Below, piece by piece: positions 11,295 through 23,549 of a stretch of DNA of 64,000 nt. The translations under genes and the position numbers were made by a program. The number at the start of each line of letters is the position of its first letter. Within the stretch, counting starts at the first letter, position 1. The stretch is taken from assembly GCA_001600695.1 (NCBI GenBank), contig BCKQ01000007.1, forward strand, positions 705,712 to 769,711, in the 5' to 3' direction. Origin of the DNA: Ascoidea asiatica JCM 7603. Lineage: Eukaryota > Fungi > Ascomycota. The notes under the pieces were generated by a model. That model saw only the letters and a list, made by a program, of their open reading frames with translations, searched no databases and had not been told where the DNA came from.

Positions 11295-11794
11295 ATGAAA
11301 TAAGTAACTGATAAGCATTTAATTCATATCATCATGTATTGCTTATTACTATGAAAGTTCTTCACCACGTTGCTTTGGTCTATTCTCAGTAAATGTTTAT
11401 AACAATTGTAATTGTAATTGTAATTTTAAATTGTAATTGTAATTCTAATTCTAATTCTAATTCAGATAAAACTACTTTAATCGTTATCCATTACAGTGCT
11501 AAAATTATATTCAAATATAACATAATATAATATAATAATGACTACAAAATGGTCTAAAGTTTAGCAAATAAATACAGTTCAACTCGTGCTACTTTAAACA
11601 GCAGTTTCAACTCCATTCAACTTTTCATTTAACTTACTTTTCTCTTTATTTTATCTTTATTTTATCTTCATTTCTCTTCTTTTATATAATTTATATACTT
11701 TTTAATATATTTATTATTTAATAAATCTTAATTTTAATATTATAATTCAATCAATCTACAAATATCCACAAATATTTAAGTCAAATGACCCTAT

Positions 11795-11840
11795 TTATTT
11801 AGTTATTTAGTTATTTAGTTATTTAGTTATTTAGTTATTT
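11795..11840. repeat. 8-bp tandem repeat (TTATTTAG)x~5.7
   Basis: Directly visible. Confidence 0.85.
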
Positions 11841-12085
11841 ATTATGTAAATCACTCATTTAACTTCATTCATAAACGTTTTTCATTTATTATCATTATAA
11901 GCTTTATTCGTATCTCATATATCTAAGCTTCTTTTATATTTTCAATCATATTCTAAAATTTATAAATAGCTTCTATATATACATAGATATATAATCATTT
12001 ATTTCTTTTTTCTTTCTTCTTTATCCCAGACTTCATTTTTAAGATAAGTTCTCCAAAATCAGTTCTTTAAGACTAGTGCTTCAAA

Positions 12086-13222
12086 ATGAATCAAATTCAT
12101 TATTCAAATATATTATTGATATTAATAATAATATTCTCAAATCTTACTTTAAGTGAATCATCTTATTTACCTTCTGAAATATCATTATTAAATTCAAATT
12201 TAAATTATATTGATGAAAATTTTGATAAAATTTATAAATTTAATTCAATTAAAAAAATTCATTCTCATAATGATTATTGGAGAAATCATCCTTTATTTGA
12301 TGCTTTAAAAATATCTGCTCAATCTGTTGAAGCTGATATTTGGTTCTTTAATGAAGAAAATTATAATAAAGGTAATGAAATTTTATATGTTGGTCATGAT
12401 ACTTATTCATTAACTCCAAAAAGAACTTTAAATTCATTATATATAAATCCATTAATTTATTTATTAGATAAAATTAATAATTTATCAAATGAAGATAATT
12501 TAAATTCATTTGATATTGAAAAAATTAATAATACAAAAAATTATGAATTTATACCAAAAGGTGTATTTAAATCAAATCCAAAAGAAACTTTATTTTTATT
12601 CATTGATGTTAAAACTGAAGGTAATAAAACTTGGACAATTTTAGAAAATCATTTAAAACCATTAATTAAAAAAAATTATTTATCATATTTAGATATTGAA
12701 GAAAATAAAATTATTTATAGACCAATTACAATTATTGGTACAGGAAATTCACCATTTAATTATATTTCAAATTTAAATAATTTCAATTCATCATCAAATG
12801 AAGAAAAAAGAAGATATTTTTTTTTTGATTCTCCAATTGAAAAAATTAATTTAAAAAATTCAAATAAATTTCCAATAACTTTAAATCCAATATCTTCAGG
12901 AAATTTAATTGAATTAATTGGTAATTATAATTCAATTGATGGATTAAATAAAACTCAAGAATTAAAAATTAAAAATCAAATAAATTTTGCAAATAAAAAT
13001 AAAATTTTAATAAGATATTGGGGATATTCAGATTATGAAATTTTATGGAAACAATTAAAATTTTGTAAAGTTGATTTTTTAAATGTTGATGATTTAAAAT
13101 TAGCAGATAAATTTAATAAAGAAAATAATTATAAATTAAATTTAATTAATAAGATTAATTGGTTTTTTATATTAATCATTAGAAAAATTAATTCATCTAT
13201 TAAGAAGTTTATTTTATTCTAA
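12086..13222 (+). CDS. AIM6: Aim6-like PLC-like phosphodiesterase with N-terminal signal/anchor
   Basis: IHSHNDYWRNHPLFDAL, SVEADIW, LYVGH, RTLNSLYINPL, LFIDVKT, IIGTGNSP, RYW and LNVDDL motifs. Confidence 0.88.
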   Translation: MNQIHYSNILLILIIIFSNLTLSESSYLPSEISLLNSNLNYIDENFDKIYKFNSIKKIHSHNDYWRNHPLFDALKISAQSVEADIWFFNEENYNKGNEILYVGHDTYSLTPKRTLNSLYINPLIYLLDKINNLSNEDNLNSFDIEKINNTKNYEFIPKGVFKSNPKETLFLFIDVKTEGNKTWTILENHLKPLIKKNYLSYLDIEENKIIYRPITIIGTGNSPFNYISNLNNFNSSSNEEKRRYFFFDSPIEKINLKNSNKFPITLNPISSGNLIELIGNYNSIDGLNKTQELKIKNQINFANKNKILIRYWGYSDYEILWKQLKFCKVDFLNVDDLKLADKFNKENNYKLNLINKINWFFILIIRKINSSIKKFILF

Positions 13223-13579
13223 GAAATGTTAGTAATGTTATTCATTTTTGTTTGAACTATTGGTTTTGGTTTTTATGATCTTTTGTTTTTGTTTTTGATT
13301 TTGATTTTGTTTTAGTTTTGTTAGTCTATTGATATATATATATATATAATTTAATAAAGTCAGTTTATTTTGTATTTCTTTTTTTATATAAAAGATTGTA
13401 ATAGATTATAAAAAAAATGTAAAGTAATATATATATTTATATATATGAATATACATATAAAAAGCGAATGTAAATTATTATTAAAAAGAAAAGAATAATG
13501 AAATTGAAAGAAAAGAAAAGAAAAGAAAAGAAGATATAAGAATAAGATATAAGAGAATGTTTGAAATAAAGATGATTAT

Positions 13580-14158
13580 TTATAATTTTTCAGAGTCTTT
13601 TGAGTATAAAGGAGCATGATATTGAGAAGGAGGTTCTAAAGTTTTATTAATATTATTATTGTTTGATAAATTAACATTTGAAGAGTTTGCACTTAAAGAA
13701 GAGAAATTTATTGGATATCTATTATCATCTAATTTTAAATTCAATTCACTTGCACCAGTTGTTTCAGTTTTCAAAGTATTGTTATCATTGAATATATTCT
13801 TGTTGCTATTATTATTGTTGTTATTATTATTATTGTTGTTGATACCATTTAAATTATTCATTGTATAATCTTCACCTGGAGTATAAACTTCAGGATTATA
13901 ATCAGGATCATCAAAATCATCACCTTCCCTTTTATTTCTTCTATAACCAACAAATATAAAGACACCAAGAACTATAGCAAATACAAGAATTGGAATAGCT
14001 ATTGCCACACCTAATTCAGCACCTTTCAAAGTACTTGGAGTTTCACATTGTTGATCAGTACCTTTTCCATCATCACAATCATCATCAGAATCAGATTTTC
14101 TTTTGAATAGATTAATTGATTGAGAAAAGATTGAATTTATGAATTTAGTTGAAGCCAT
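13580..14158 (-). CDS. Short Skg6/Tos2-like single-pass membrane protein
   Basis: KR..C......CETP followed by TM segment GVAIAIPILVFAIVLGVFIFVG, then YRRNKRE..DPDY, typical of the SKG6 TM region. Much shorter than Skg6. Confidence 0.65.
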   Translation of the reverse strand: MASTKFINSIFSQSINLFKRKSDSDDDCDDGKGTDQQCETPSTLKGAELGVAIAIPILVFAIVLGVFIFVGYRRNKREGDDFDDPDYNPEVYTPGEDYTMNNLNGINNNNNNNNNNNSNKNIFNDNNTLKTETTGASELNLKLDDNRYPINFSSLSANSSNVNLSNNNNINKTLEPPSQYHAPLYSKDSEKL

Positions 14159-14998
14159 TTTTTCTTCTATGATTATATTAACTATGAACGAATGAAATAC
14201 TTATATATATCTAATATGAATTATGCAAAGAGTAACGAGTAAAGAGTAAAGAGTAAAAAGTAATAATATCTATTAGATCCCAGTAATTGATTAGTTAATA
14301 GATGATTGTAAGTTACAAGCGATAGTTATTATAAGTTGTCTAGAGTATGTGTATTTAAAGGAATTAGAAAGCAAATAAAGAATGAAGTACTATATTACTT
14401 TTGAATTCATTTCCTCTTTACAATTTCTTTCTGTCTATATGGATAATATAATGGATAATATAATTGATAATATAGTTGATATTGATGATTATTTGGTAGT
14501 GTCTATTTAATATTTATTCTCAGAGTGATTATTTTCAGTGTCTTCTTTCACCACCACTTTCTTTTACGATAAAAATAGGCCTTTTCAGGCTGGATCTGAA
14601 TCTGAGAGACCTTTTTTTGAGTTGCATTTTGGCGGTTGAATTTTCTGGGAGTTGAAGTTTTGGCCGATTCGTGTTTTTGTTTTGGATTTGGATTTGGATT
14701 TTGTTTTTTTTGTTTTGTTTCGCAGCGGCGTGTTTTGAAGAAGGAACAAAGAAGAAGGAACACGTGAGGCACAGCCACCGAGCACAGCCATACACAGCCA
14801 TACACAGCCATGGATAGCCACGCTGGATTGGGATGCTGAAACGTGGCGGTGAATTGGACAATAAAAGAATTGAAACTGAGGAAAATAAAAAAAGGTTTAA
14901 AGAATAAAGGATTTATAAAGGATTGATATAAGAGTGATATAAGTGATGAATGAATGAGTGAATTGAAGTAGAGAGAAGATTGAAAGAGGGCTCATATA

Positions 14999-15922
14999 AT
15001 GACTAGAGAAGACATCACTAAGGAAGTGACTACTGGGACATTGAGCAATGTGCCCTTGAAGATAATATCCCAGGGCGCAGAAGCTATCATATTCGAAACA
15101 ACTGCTCATCCATATTTATCTCTCCAACAAGAACTAGAAGAAGATGAGAAAGAGGAAGAGGAAGATGAAGAAGAATCTACTCCAGAAAAGAGTAAAAGAA
15201 AGTACATCATCAAATACAGACCTCCAAAGAGGTATAGACATCCAATATTGGATAAACAAATCACAAAACATAGAACTCTAAATGAAAGTAAAATGCTAAT
15301 AAAATTATCAAATTATAAATATTTAAATTCAATTAATAATAAAATTTATGTACCTAATATTCATGCAATTGATACAATCAATGGTCTAATTTGGATGGAT
15401 AAAATAAATGGGATTTCATTAAAAGAATATATATGGAATTTAGAAAAAAATTCAATAGATAATAATTTACAAATTATAAATAATTCAAATTTTACTAAAT
15501 TAATTGAATTTATTGGTTTTCAAATTGCAAATTTACATCAATTAGATATATGTCATGGTGATTTAACTTCTTCAAATATTTTCTTAAAAAATCAAAATCA
15601 AAATCAAAATCAAAATCAAAATCAAAATCAAAAGCAAAAGCAAAATAAATATAATTCAATATCATTAATACCATATTTAATTGATTTTGGTTTATCTTTT
15701 CAATCAAATTTAATTGAAGATAAATCTGTTGATTTATATGTTTTAGAAAAAGCTTTAATAAGTACTCATCCAAAAAATTCAAAATTATATTATTTAAATT
15801 GGTTCTTAAATGGTTATTTAAATTCTTTTAAAATTCATAAAAATTTAAATCAAGGTAATTTAATTATTAAAAGATTAAATATTGTAAGATTAAGAGGTAG
15901 AAAAAAATCAATGATTGGTTAA
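14999..15922 (+). CDS. BUD32: Bud32, KEOPS complex atypical kinase
   Basis: ISQGAEA, KYRPPKRYRHPILD, HGDLTSSN, LIDFGLS, EDKSVDLYVLEKA and RLRGRKKSMIG C-terminus. Confidence 0.96.
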   Translation: MTREDITKEVTTGTLSNVPLKIISQGAEAIIFETTAHPYLSLQQELEEDEKEEEEDEEESTPEKSKRKYIIKYRPPKRYRHPILDKQITKHRTLNESKMLIKLSNYKYLNSINNKIYVPNIHAIDTINGLIWMDKINGISLKEYIWNLEKNSIDNNLQIINNSNFTKLIEFIGFQIANLHQLDICHGDLTSSNIFLKNQNQNQNQNQNQNQKQKQNKYNSISLIPYLIDFGLSFQSNLIEDKSVDLYVLEKALISTHPKNSKLYYLNWFLNGYLNSFKIHKNLNQGNLIIKRLNIVRLRGRKKSMIG

Positions 15923-15949
15923 CCTTTTATAATCCATTTTCTATTTTCT

Positions 15950-15983
<34 letters not shown>

Positions 15984-16258
15984 TATTTTACTTATATATC
16001 TTTATACTCTATAATCATTATATATATCCATCACAAGCAATATATCCAAAGCTTTTTAATTGATATTAAATTTAGGAAAATCCCTTGTATAAGAATTTCA
16101 CGTTTAAATAAATACTTTTGAAAGTCTGTACAAAAAAAAAAAATTTTGCAATCTTTTTAAACTACAATATAACTTAATCTATAAGTTTTAAACTGTCCAT
16201 TTAACGTATTTAATATCCCCTCTATAATAGAAATAAACTCATATTTCTCATTATATTA

Positions 16259-16470
16259 CTAATCTAATTCATAAGGATCGAAATCAGAAGAATTTTCTTC
16301 ATTCGATTCAATATTACCTTCATAATCATCTTCTTCATTTATACTTAAATTCAGAACTTGTCTACTAATAATTAGTTGATCGTCATTTAAGTAAATATCC
16401 AGATTCAGATCTTGACTATTATAATCCATATCCATTCGTGTATGCAAATTATCATAAACATTATTACCAC

Positions 16471-16513
<43 letters not shown>

Positions 16514-18859
16514 CTCGAGATTGTTATCATTTAAAATAGAATTCACTTCTTGATCTTCATTACTATAAATACTACTATCACTTAATTGATTAATATGTAT
16601 TGAAGGTGCTAATGTTGATGCTTGACTATCACTTGGTGTTAAGAAAAATGAATTTCTATTTGATTCATTTTCTTTTGAAATAATTGAAATAACTCCTCTT
16701 GTTGATTTAAAATTATAAATATTATTCAAATTTCCTTCCCATTTTTTATTTATTTTTAAAAATTTATAAATAAATTTATTTGAATATAAATTTATTGAAA
16801 TTAATTTATATTTAAAATCTTCAAAATTATTATCTTCAACATTAAAATTCACTAATTTTTTCAAATTTATTTTTAAACTATCTAAATTTAAATCATTCAA
16901 ATTCTCCATTAAATTATTATTTATATTCAATGAAATTAAATTCTGTAAATTTGATAAATTTTCAATTTCAAATATAAAATTATTACTTAAATTCAAATTT
17001 TCTAATAATCTAAAAGATTTAAAATCACTTGAAATTTCATTAATTTTATTAAAGGATAAATTTAAAATCTTTAAATTGATTAATTGATTTAAATTTCTTG
17101 TATTAATTAAATTATTATTTGATATATAAATTTCTTTCAATTCAATTAAATTGTTTAAATTTTGTAATTTTCTTAATTTATTAAAAGATAAATTTAAAAA
17201 ATTCAAATTTTTCAAAAATGAAATCTCATTTGATATTAATCTAATAAAATTGTTCGATAAATTTAAATAATTTAATTTTACTAAATGTTTTATATTTAAA
17301 ATATCAAAAATTAGATTATTTGAAAGATTCAAATGCTTTAAATTAATTGAATTGTTTAAATTTTTGATCATTGTAATCTGATTAAAGCTTAAGTCTAAAA
17401 AAATTATATTACTTAAAGATTTGAATTCAATTGGAATATTATTGATTTCATTTTTTGAAAAATTCAAATGATTTAAGTTTTTTAAATATTTGATATTTGA
17501 AATTGAAATAATTTTATTATTTTTTATTGATAAAAATTTCAAATTTCTTAAGTTATTTAAATTCTCAAAATTTTTGATCAAATTATTATCTAAGTTTAGT
17601 TTCTTTAAATTTATTAACTTATTCAAATTATTTGAAATTTTAAAAATTCTATTTGAATTCAAATAAAGAAATTTCAAATTTTTTAGAAAATTTAAGTTTA
17701 AAATATTTGAAATTTTATTTTTTGACAAATTCAAATAAATTAATGATGAAGTTGGAGTTAATAAAATTGTTGATAAAAGATTTGAAGATAGGTTTAAGAA
17801 CTTTATTTTCTTAAAAAATTTTAAATTAACAAATTGAAAAGAAGTTAAATTATTATAAGATAAATTTAATTTGATTAAATTCGGTAAATTTAAAGCTATA
17901 TTAAAGTTAGATATATTATTATTTGATAAATTTAAATAGTTTAGATGATTAAGATTATTTAAAACAGATGGAATTTGAGTTAATAAAGTGGTTTTTAAAT
18001 TAAGATATTTTAAATTTTTAAGTGAAGATAAAAATGATAAATTATTATTAGAGTTAATAATATTTGTTGTCATATTATTATTATTATTCTCAATATTATT
18101 GATTGAATTATTTTTTGGATTGTTTGATAAATTTAAATGAGTTAATTCTTTGAAAAATTGAACAAAATCCAATTGATTTATATTGGAATTGGAATTGGAA
18201 TTAGAAATCGAGGTTAAATTGAAATTATTATAAGATAAGTTTAATTTCTTTAAATGAATGAATTTTTTGAGTAAAATTTTATTTAAATTTAGATTGATTG
18301 AAGGTAGATTAATATTTTGTAAATTTAAAGATTTTAAATTTTGATTTAATTGTGGTATAAATATATCTTTCAATAAACTATAACATTTATTGATTTTGAT
18401 ATTAATTTTATTATCAATACTATTTTCAATTGGATTAATTGAGATATTTGGAAAAATAATCTTAAAAGATTTTAAATTTTTAGCATTATTCAATAAATTA
18501 AAATAATTTTTGAAAAAAGAGAAAGTTTTAATATTTGATAAAGATATTATGATATTATTTATAAGAACTGGTTTTGACAAAACTTGATTTATAAGAAATG
18601 GATTATCATAAAAATCGGATATAATTAAGTAGTTCTTTTTATTAAATTCATTTTTGAATTCATCATTGAATTTATTAATTTTCTTGCTAGTTGAATTATT
18701 GGGTAAATAAAGAACTGAATTTAATAAGATTTTTACTGCAGATATTGAAATTGATAAATCATTTGATAAAGCAAGAATTAATAGTTTATCTAAAGGAATC
18801 TCTTGTTTGATAATTAATTCAATTATATGAAAAGGCAAAGGATGAGTTTCAGGGTCCAT
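16259..18859 (-). CDS. Leucine-rich repeat protein (SDS22-class LxxLxLSxNxI repeats) with a possible N-terminal F-box-like motif
   Basis: About 20 repeats of LxxLNLSxNxI across the central ~480 aa; N-terminal LPFHIIELIIKQEIPLDKLLIL; acidic tail. Confidence 0.85.
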
Positions 18860-19822
18860 TAATGATAGTTTGATTGAGATTTGAAAGTTTATTTGATTTA
18901 AAAGATGGAATTAATTGAATTCTTTAGACTCTTTGAATTGACTTAATTCTATTAAATGTTTTCTTGATTCAATTAAACAAAATGAAATAAAAATGAAAAG
19001 AATGTTAAAAGTAAAACCTAGCTAAAATAAAAGATTGAATGAATTAGATAAATCAGAATTGAAATTTCAGTTTAATCATTGAGTCGGATATCTTCAATTG
19101 ATGAAATATTCAGTTATTCACTAGCCCCAATTACTTATTTATTTGATTGACACTGGGATTATTCAATTGAAGGGTTTTGAATTAAAGGTTTATTTATTTA
19201 TTTATTTGTTTATTTATTGATTATTTCTTTCTTTATTGAATGATAATTTCTGTATTTATTTCTCTTTTAGTCTTTTGGTTCTTTATTCGCTTTTCCTTTG
19301 TTTATTTATCTGAGTGCGCTGTTATTTTCCCAGATCCGGAGCGCGCGCTGAAGCCCTACGGATTCACCCGGCAGATCTGCACAGAACAAAACTGCACAGG
19401 CTCCTTGGGGACACGCGCCTGTTTCTTTGTGACACTCCTGTCCGCCCAATGAGGCAGCAGTGGTTGGAATGCCCAGCAGTAGTATGTAAGAAGTTTTGAG
19501 GTCACTGTTGTCTACATTTGTATACATCTGGGACTGGGGTACGTTGAAAAGCATGTCCCAGCATACACTTTCAATTTCAAAGAAAACCCAAAATGTTGGC
19601 TTCAGGATTAGGCTATTTCGGCTATTTTGGCTGTGTCGGCTGTGGCGCTAAAGTTTAATTTAAAGATTTCATAAAATTTATTTTACTACAAGTACAAAAT
19701 ACAAACAATCAATGGAACTAAAATAAAAACGAGAAATAGAAAAAAGTAATAAGTAAATAAAATAATAAAAAATAAAAAGACAAATTGAATCAAGACAGTA
19801 TAGTATGTTAACATTCTTCATA

Positions 19823-22771
19823 TTAAAAAGCAGCTATAGAAAAAGTATTAATTTTGGAAGCATCATCGTTCCCCATATTAAATTTGAAACTAGGATATAA
19901 TTTCTTTTCTTTCTTTGAAGTTTCTTTCTTCAAAGTTTGAGTTTTAAAATTCTCATTATTATAATTAATATTATCAATGTTAGCAACATTAATGTTATTG
20001 TCATTAATATCACTATCATTTAATAGTTGATGAATTATGAATCGAATATTAGATATAACTTCACGATGTCTATTAATCGTATCTGAATCAACTTTGATTT
20101 CTTCTTTTTCTCCCGTAGATAAATCTAATGATGATATCTTTTCCATTAAATCATTAATATTAACATCTTCTGATTTAATAATTGAATTTATATTTGAAAT
20201 TTTAGATGCTTGTTGATTAATACCGATATCATAACTACTATTGATATTTGAATCAAATTCAGAATATCTACTTTTAACTTGAGGAATACTTAAAGAATTA
20301 TTTGAAAGATTAGATATTGGTAAGGATGGGTAAAGACTTGAATTAGTGTTCGAAATAGAATTATAACTTAATTTTGGTTTTAATAAGGAAGTTGAATTTG
20401 CATTTGGATTTGATGGTGACATTGAATTTTCAATTCCAATCTCATTATTGTTATTACTATTATTAACAGTTGTTGAAGAAACATGTTGATTACGATGATT
20501 GTTATTATTATGATTAGCACTATTATTATTCGATACGGGAACAATTTGTGGATAAATATCTAATGAGCTAGATAATTGATTGAAAAATTTATCAGTATCC
20601 ATTAAATCTTGAGATCTTGACGTGTTATTACTATTATTACTATTATTGTTTTCATCAATAATATCATAATTACCAGATGTATCACTATTAATATTATGAT
20701 TTTTAGTTAAATTATTAGAAATTGAAGGTAAATTAAATTCATTTGAAACAGTTTTAAAAGAAGAATCTAAAGAATCTAATTTCGATGCAATAATTGAATT
20801 ATAATTTGGTGAGAGCTTTGAACGTTTAATATCATCACAGAAATCACTTAATAATGTTGTATATTTTCTTTTTCTTTGGGATGCTAATAAATTATTTGTA
20901 ATATTATTATTACTATTATTATTATTATCAATAAATGAATTATCTAATGGTTGCATAGTTACACTACTATTAGAATTATTATTTTCTTGTGGTAAGATTA
21001 CATCATAATTTGAATAATAATTTGGATTTGCATTCGAATAATTTGTATTATAATGTTGATGATGAGAATGATTATCATAAATAGAATTATATTGATGAAT
21101 AGATTGTGATTGAGCTTGTGGTGGTGGGGGTGGTGGAATTGAATGATGAGCATAATGATTTTGACAACATGGATATGGATTACATGATGAATATAATGAA
21201 TAATCATAACTTGGATTAACCGCATTAACAGAATGAATATTATGATGATTTCTATTTGAATGAATAGAATGTGGAATTTGATGATTTAAAACCGAAGGAG
21301 AATTAAATTGAAAATAATCATTATTTGAAGAGTCATTATCGACTAAATTATTATTGATTGAAGAACGATTTTGAATTCTACTTGTATTGATATTATCATT
21401 AGTATTAATAATATTTTTATTCGAGTTTGAATTTGAATTTGTATCATCAGCATGAGTTTTTATATGTTTCTTTAAATCTTGAGGTCTTTTAAATCTTTTT
21501 GTACAAACCTGACAATGATATGGTTTTAAAGGTATATGAACTCTTAAATGAGAAGTTATATGATCCCTTTTAATTGTTTTGATATTACAATTTTCCCACT
21601 TACAAATTAAAGATAAATTTTTATTACATTTTCTACCAACATGTAAATCACATAAATGATTATATAAAATTTCAGGATTATTAAAAATCAAGTTACAATT
21701 TTCCCATTTACAAGGTAATGGACCTTTTTGATCATCACTAATTTTATTTTTTTTATTTTTATTTGAAATAATATTTGAAATATTATTTGAATTTAAAAGT
21801 TTTTTTGATTGAAGTGGAATATATTGATTATCAATTTGTTGAAGTTGATTTTGAAATTGATTATCGATTTGATTATTCATTTGATTATTCATTTGCTGTT
21901 GAAATTGGTTTTGTTGAAATTGAGGTAATAATGGATTTATATTTTGATTTAAATTCGGAAGTTTATTTAAAAGAGATAAAGGAGGTGGAGGATATGAATA
22001 ATTTAATGGATAATTATGACTTTGATTATAATTATCATAATTTAAATAATTATTTGAATTGCTGTTGCTATTATTGATATAATTTGGATAATTGAATATT
22101 GAATAATTTGATTTGTTATTACTAATATTATTAGTAGCATTATTGTTAGAAGAAGAATTATTATTTGAATTAATAAGAGGGTTGAAATAACTTTGATAAT
22201 TTGATAAGTTTGGAGTATTTGAATTGGAATTTAAGATTACATTGGTATCTGTATTTAGATTTGCATTAGTATTAATATTATTAGTATTAGTAATAGTGTT
22301 TGTTATTGTATTGTTGATAGAATTTGAATCAGAATTTATTGATTGTAAGTTAATTTTAGATAAAAGATTATTTGTAACTATATTATTATTTGAGTTAATT
22401 TTGGAAGCATTATTAATATTATTATTTTTATTATTATTATTTTCATTTGAAGCAATACTTGAAGGAGACGTTGAATTATTATTAATATTTGGAGATAATG
22501 AATTTGAAATACGATTTGATAATAAACTTGAAGAATCTGAAGAGATTGAAAGTGAATGCAGATTTGAATTATTATTATCTGAAATATTTGAATTATTTGA
22601 ATTATTATTTTTTAGATTTTGATTTGGAGAGTTTGAGCTTGAGTTTGAATTTGAATTTGAATTTGAATTTGAATTTGAAGAAGATGGTGAAGATGGTGAA
22701 GGTACAGTTAAACTCAAATCAGGCAAAGATAAAGCAGGTAATTGTTGAGATTCATTATTTATTGAAGACAT
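19823..22771 (-). CDS. RIM101: Rim101/PacC pH-response C2H2 transcription factor
   Basis: Three zinc fingers: [51 protein letters not shown]. YPxL/I-type Rim20/PalA-binding motifs (YPQI, YPSL, YPSF) in the C-terminal part. Confidence 0.96.
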   Translation of the reverse strand: MSSINNESQQLPALSLPDLSLTVPSPSSPSSSNSNSNSNSNSNSSSNSPNQNLKNNNSNNSNISDNNNSNLHSLSISSDSSSLLSNRISNSLSPNINNNSTSPSSIASNENNNNKNNNINNASKINSNNNIVTNNLLSKINLQSINSDSNSINNTITNTITNTNNINTNANLNTDTNVILNSNSNTPNLSNYQSYFNPLINSNNNSSSNNNATNNISNNKSNYSIFNYPNYINNSNSNSNNYLNYDNYNQSHNYPLNYSYPPPPLSLLNKLPNLNQNINPLLPQFQQNQFQQQMNNQMNNQIDNQFQNQLQQIDNQYIPLQSKKLLNSNNISNIISNKNKKNKISDDQKGPLPCKWENCNLIFNNPEILYNHLCDLHVGRKCNKNLSLICKWENCNIKTIKRDHITSHLRVHIPLKPYHCQVCTKRFKRPQDLKKHIKTHADDTNSNSNSNKNIINTNDNINTSRIQNRSSINNNLVDNDSSNNDYFQFNSPSVLNHQIPHSIHSNRNHHNIHSVNAVNPSYDYSLYSSCNPYPCCQNHYAHHSIPPPPPPQAQSQSIHQYNSIYDNHSHHQHYNTNYSNANPNYYSNYDVILPQENNNSNSSVTMQPLDNSFIDNNNNSNNNITNNLLASQRKRKYTTLLSDFCDDIKRSKLSPNYNSIIASKLDSLDSSFKTVSNEFNLPSISNNLTKNHNINSDTSGNYDIIDENNNSNNSNNTSRSQDLMDTDKFFNQLSSSLDIYPQIVPVSNNNSANHNNNNHRNQHVSSTTVNNSNNNNEIGIENSMSPSNPNANSTSLLKPKLSYNSISNTNSSLYPSLPISNLSNNSLSIPQVKSRYSEFDSNINSSYDIGINQQASKISNINSIIKSEDVNINDLMEKISSLDLSTGEKEEIKVDSDTINRHREVISNIRFIIHQLLNDSDINDNNINVANIDNINYNNENFKTQTLKKETSKKEKKLYPSFKFNMGNDDASKINTFSIAAF

Positions 22772-23079
22772 TTTGAGAAATTAATAAGGAATAAATTAGC
22801 TAAAAATGATATATTGTAGGATGTGATTAGATATAATATGACAATATTTGATGTGATTATAGTTATGGTCGTTATTATGGATATAAATATTTGAAAGATA
22901 GGTTGAATGAGTAAATAAAATGCAAATAAAATAAACAGAAGGGGCTAAGATCAAGAAGCAAATGGGGGTACTTTGAAGGATGTTTTATAACCAATGGTTT
23001 ATTTCAGCAAAGTAGAAAAGTAGAAAAGTACAACACTGGCAGTACCTAGTTATCTTTATTTCACAGTGATAAAGGAAAC

Positions 23080-23549
23080 GCCAAGACAAAAATAGGAAGA
23101 ACAAGAAGAAAAAAACAACTTCCTGCCGCAGTTGTTGAAGTAGATTTGGTATGAGATTTCATAGCAAAAGCAGTAAAACAGTGAAACAGTAAAACAGAGC
23201 TAGCTGGACTAGGTGCTGGACGAGCTGTTGTAGCTGTGAGGACCCTTTAAAATCACACTTCTAGATGTGGCCGGAAAGTCACCTGACCGTAACATAAGCA
23301 CAAAAATGCAACCGGAAAGCAGCCGATCCGTAGCACGACCCTCACGGGACTCGGCGGCTCCAATGTTCCGTGAAATGTGGCCCTCTGCCAAGAAAAAAAG
23401 AAACACAAGACAAGGAAGGGTAACTTACCAGCTTCCGCAGGTCAGCTGATTATTTGAGAATGCACCCCGTTGATAATTGTTCACGTGTTGGAGATCTCGT
23501 AAATCTTAAGTCACATGTAGGTATTTTTCAGCACGTGAATTTGGCCAAG
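23080..23549. promoter_or_regulatory. RIM101 upstream region with three GCCAAG (PacC/Rim101) sites and E-boxes
   Basis: GCCAAG at 23080, 23387 (TGCCAAG) and 23544; CACGTG at 23482 and 23532; GTCACATG at 23510; all within a GC-rich island. Confidence 0.6.

Noticed and set aside
22943-22955. GGCTAAGATCAAG resembling part of U2 snRNA
   Set aside because: The branch-site pairing sequence GTGTAGTA and the rest of U2 are absent; likely a chance match.
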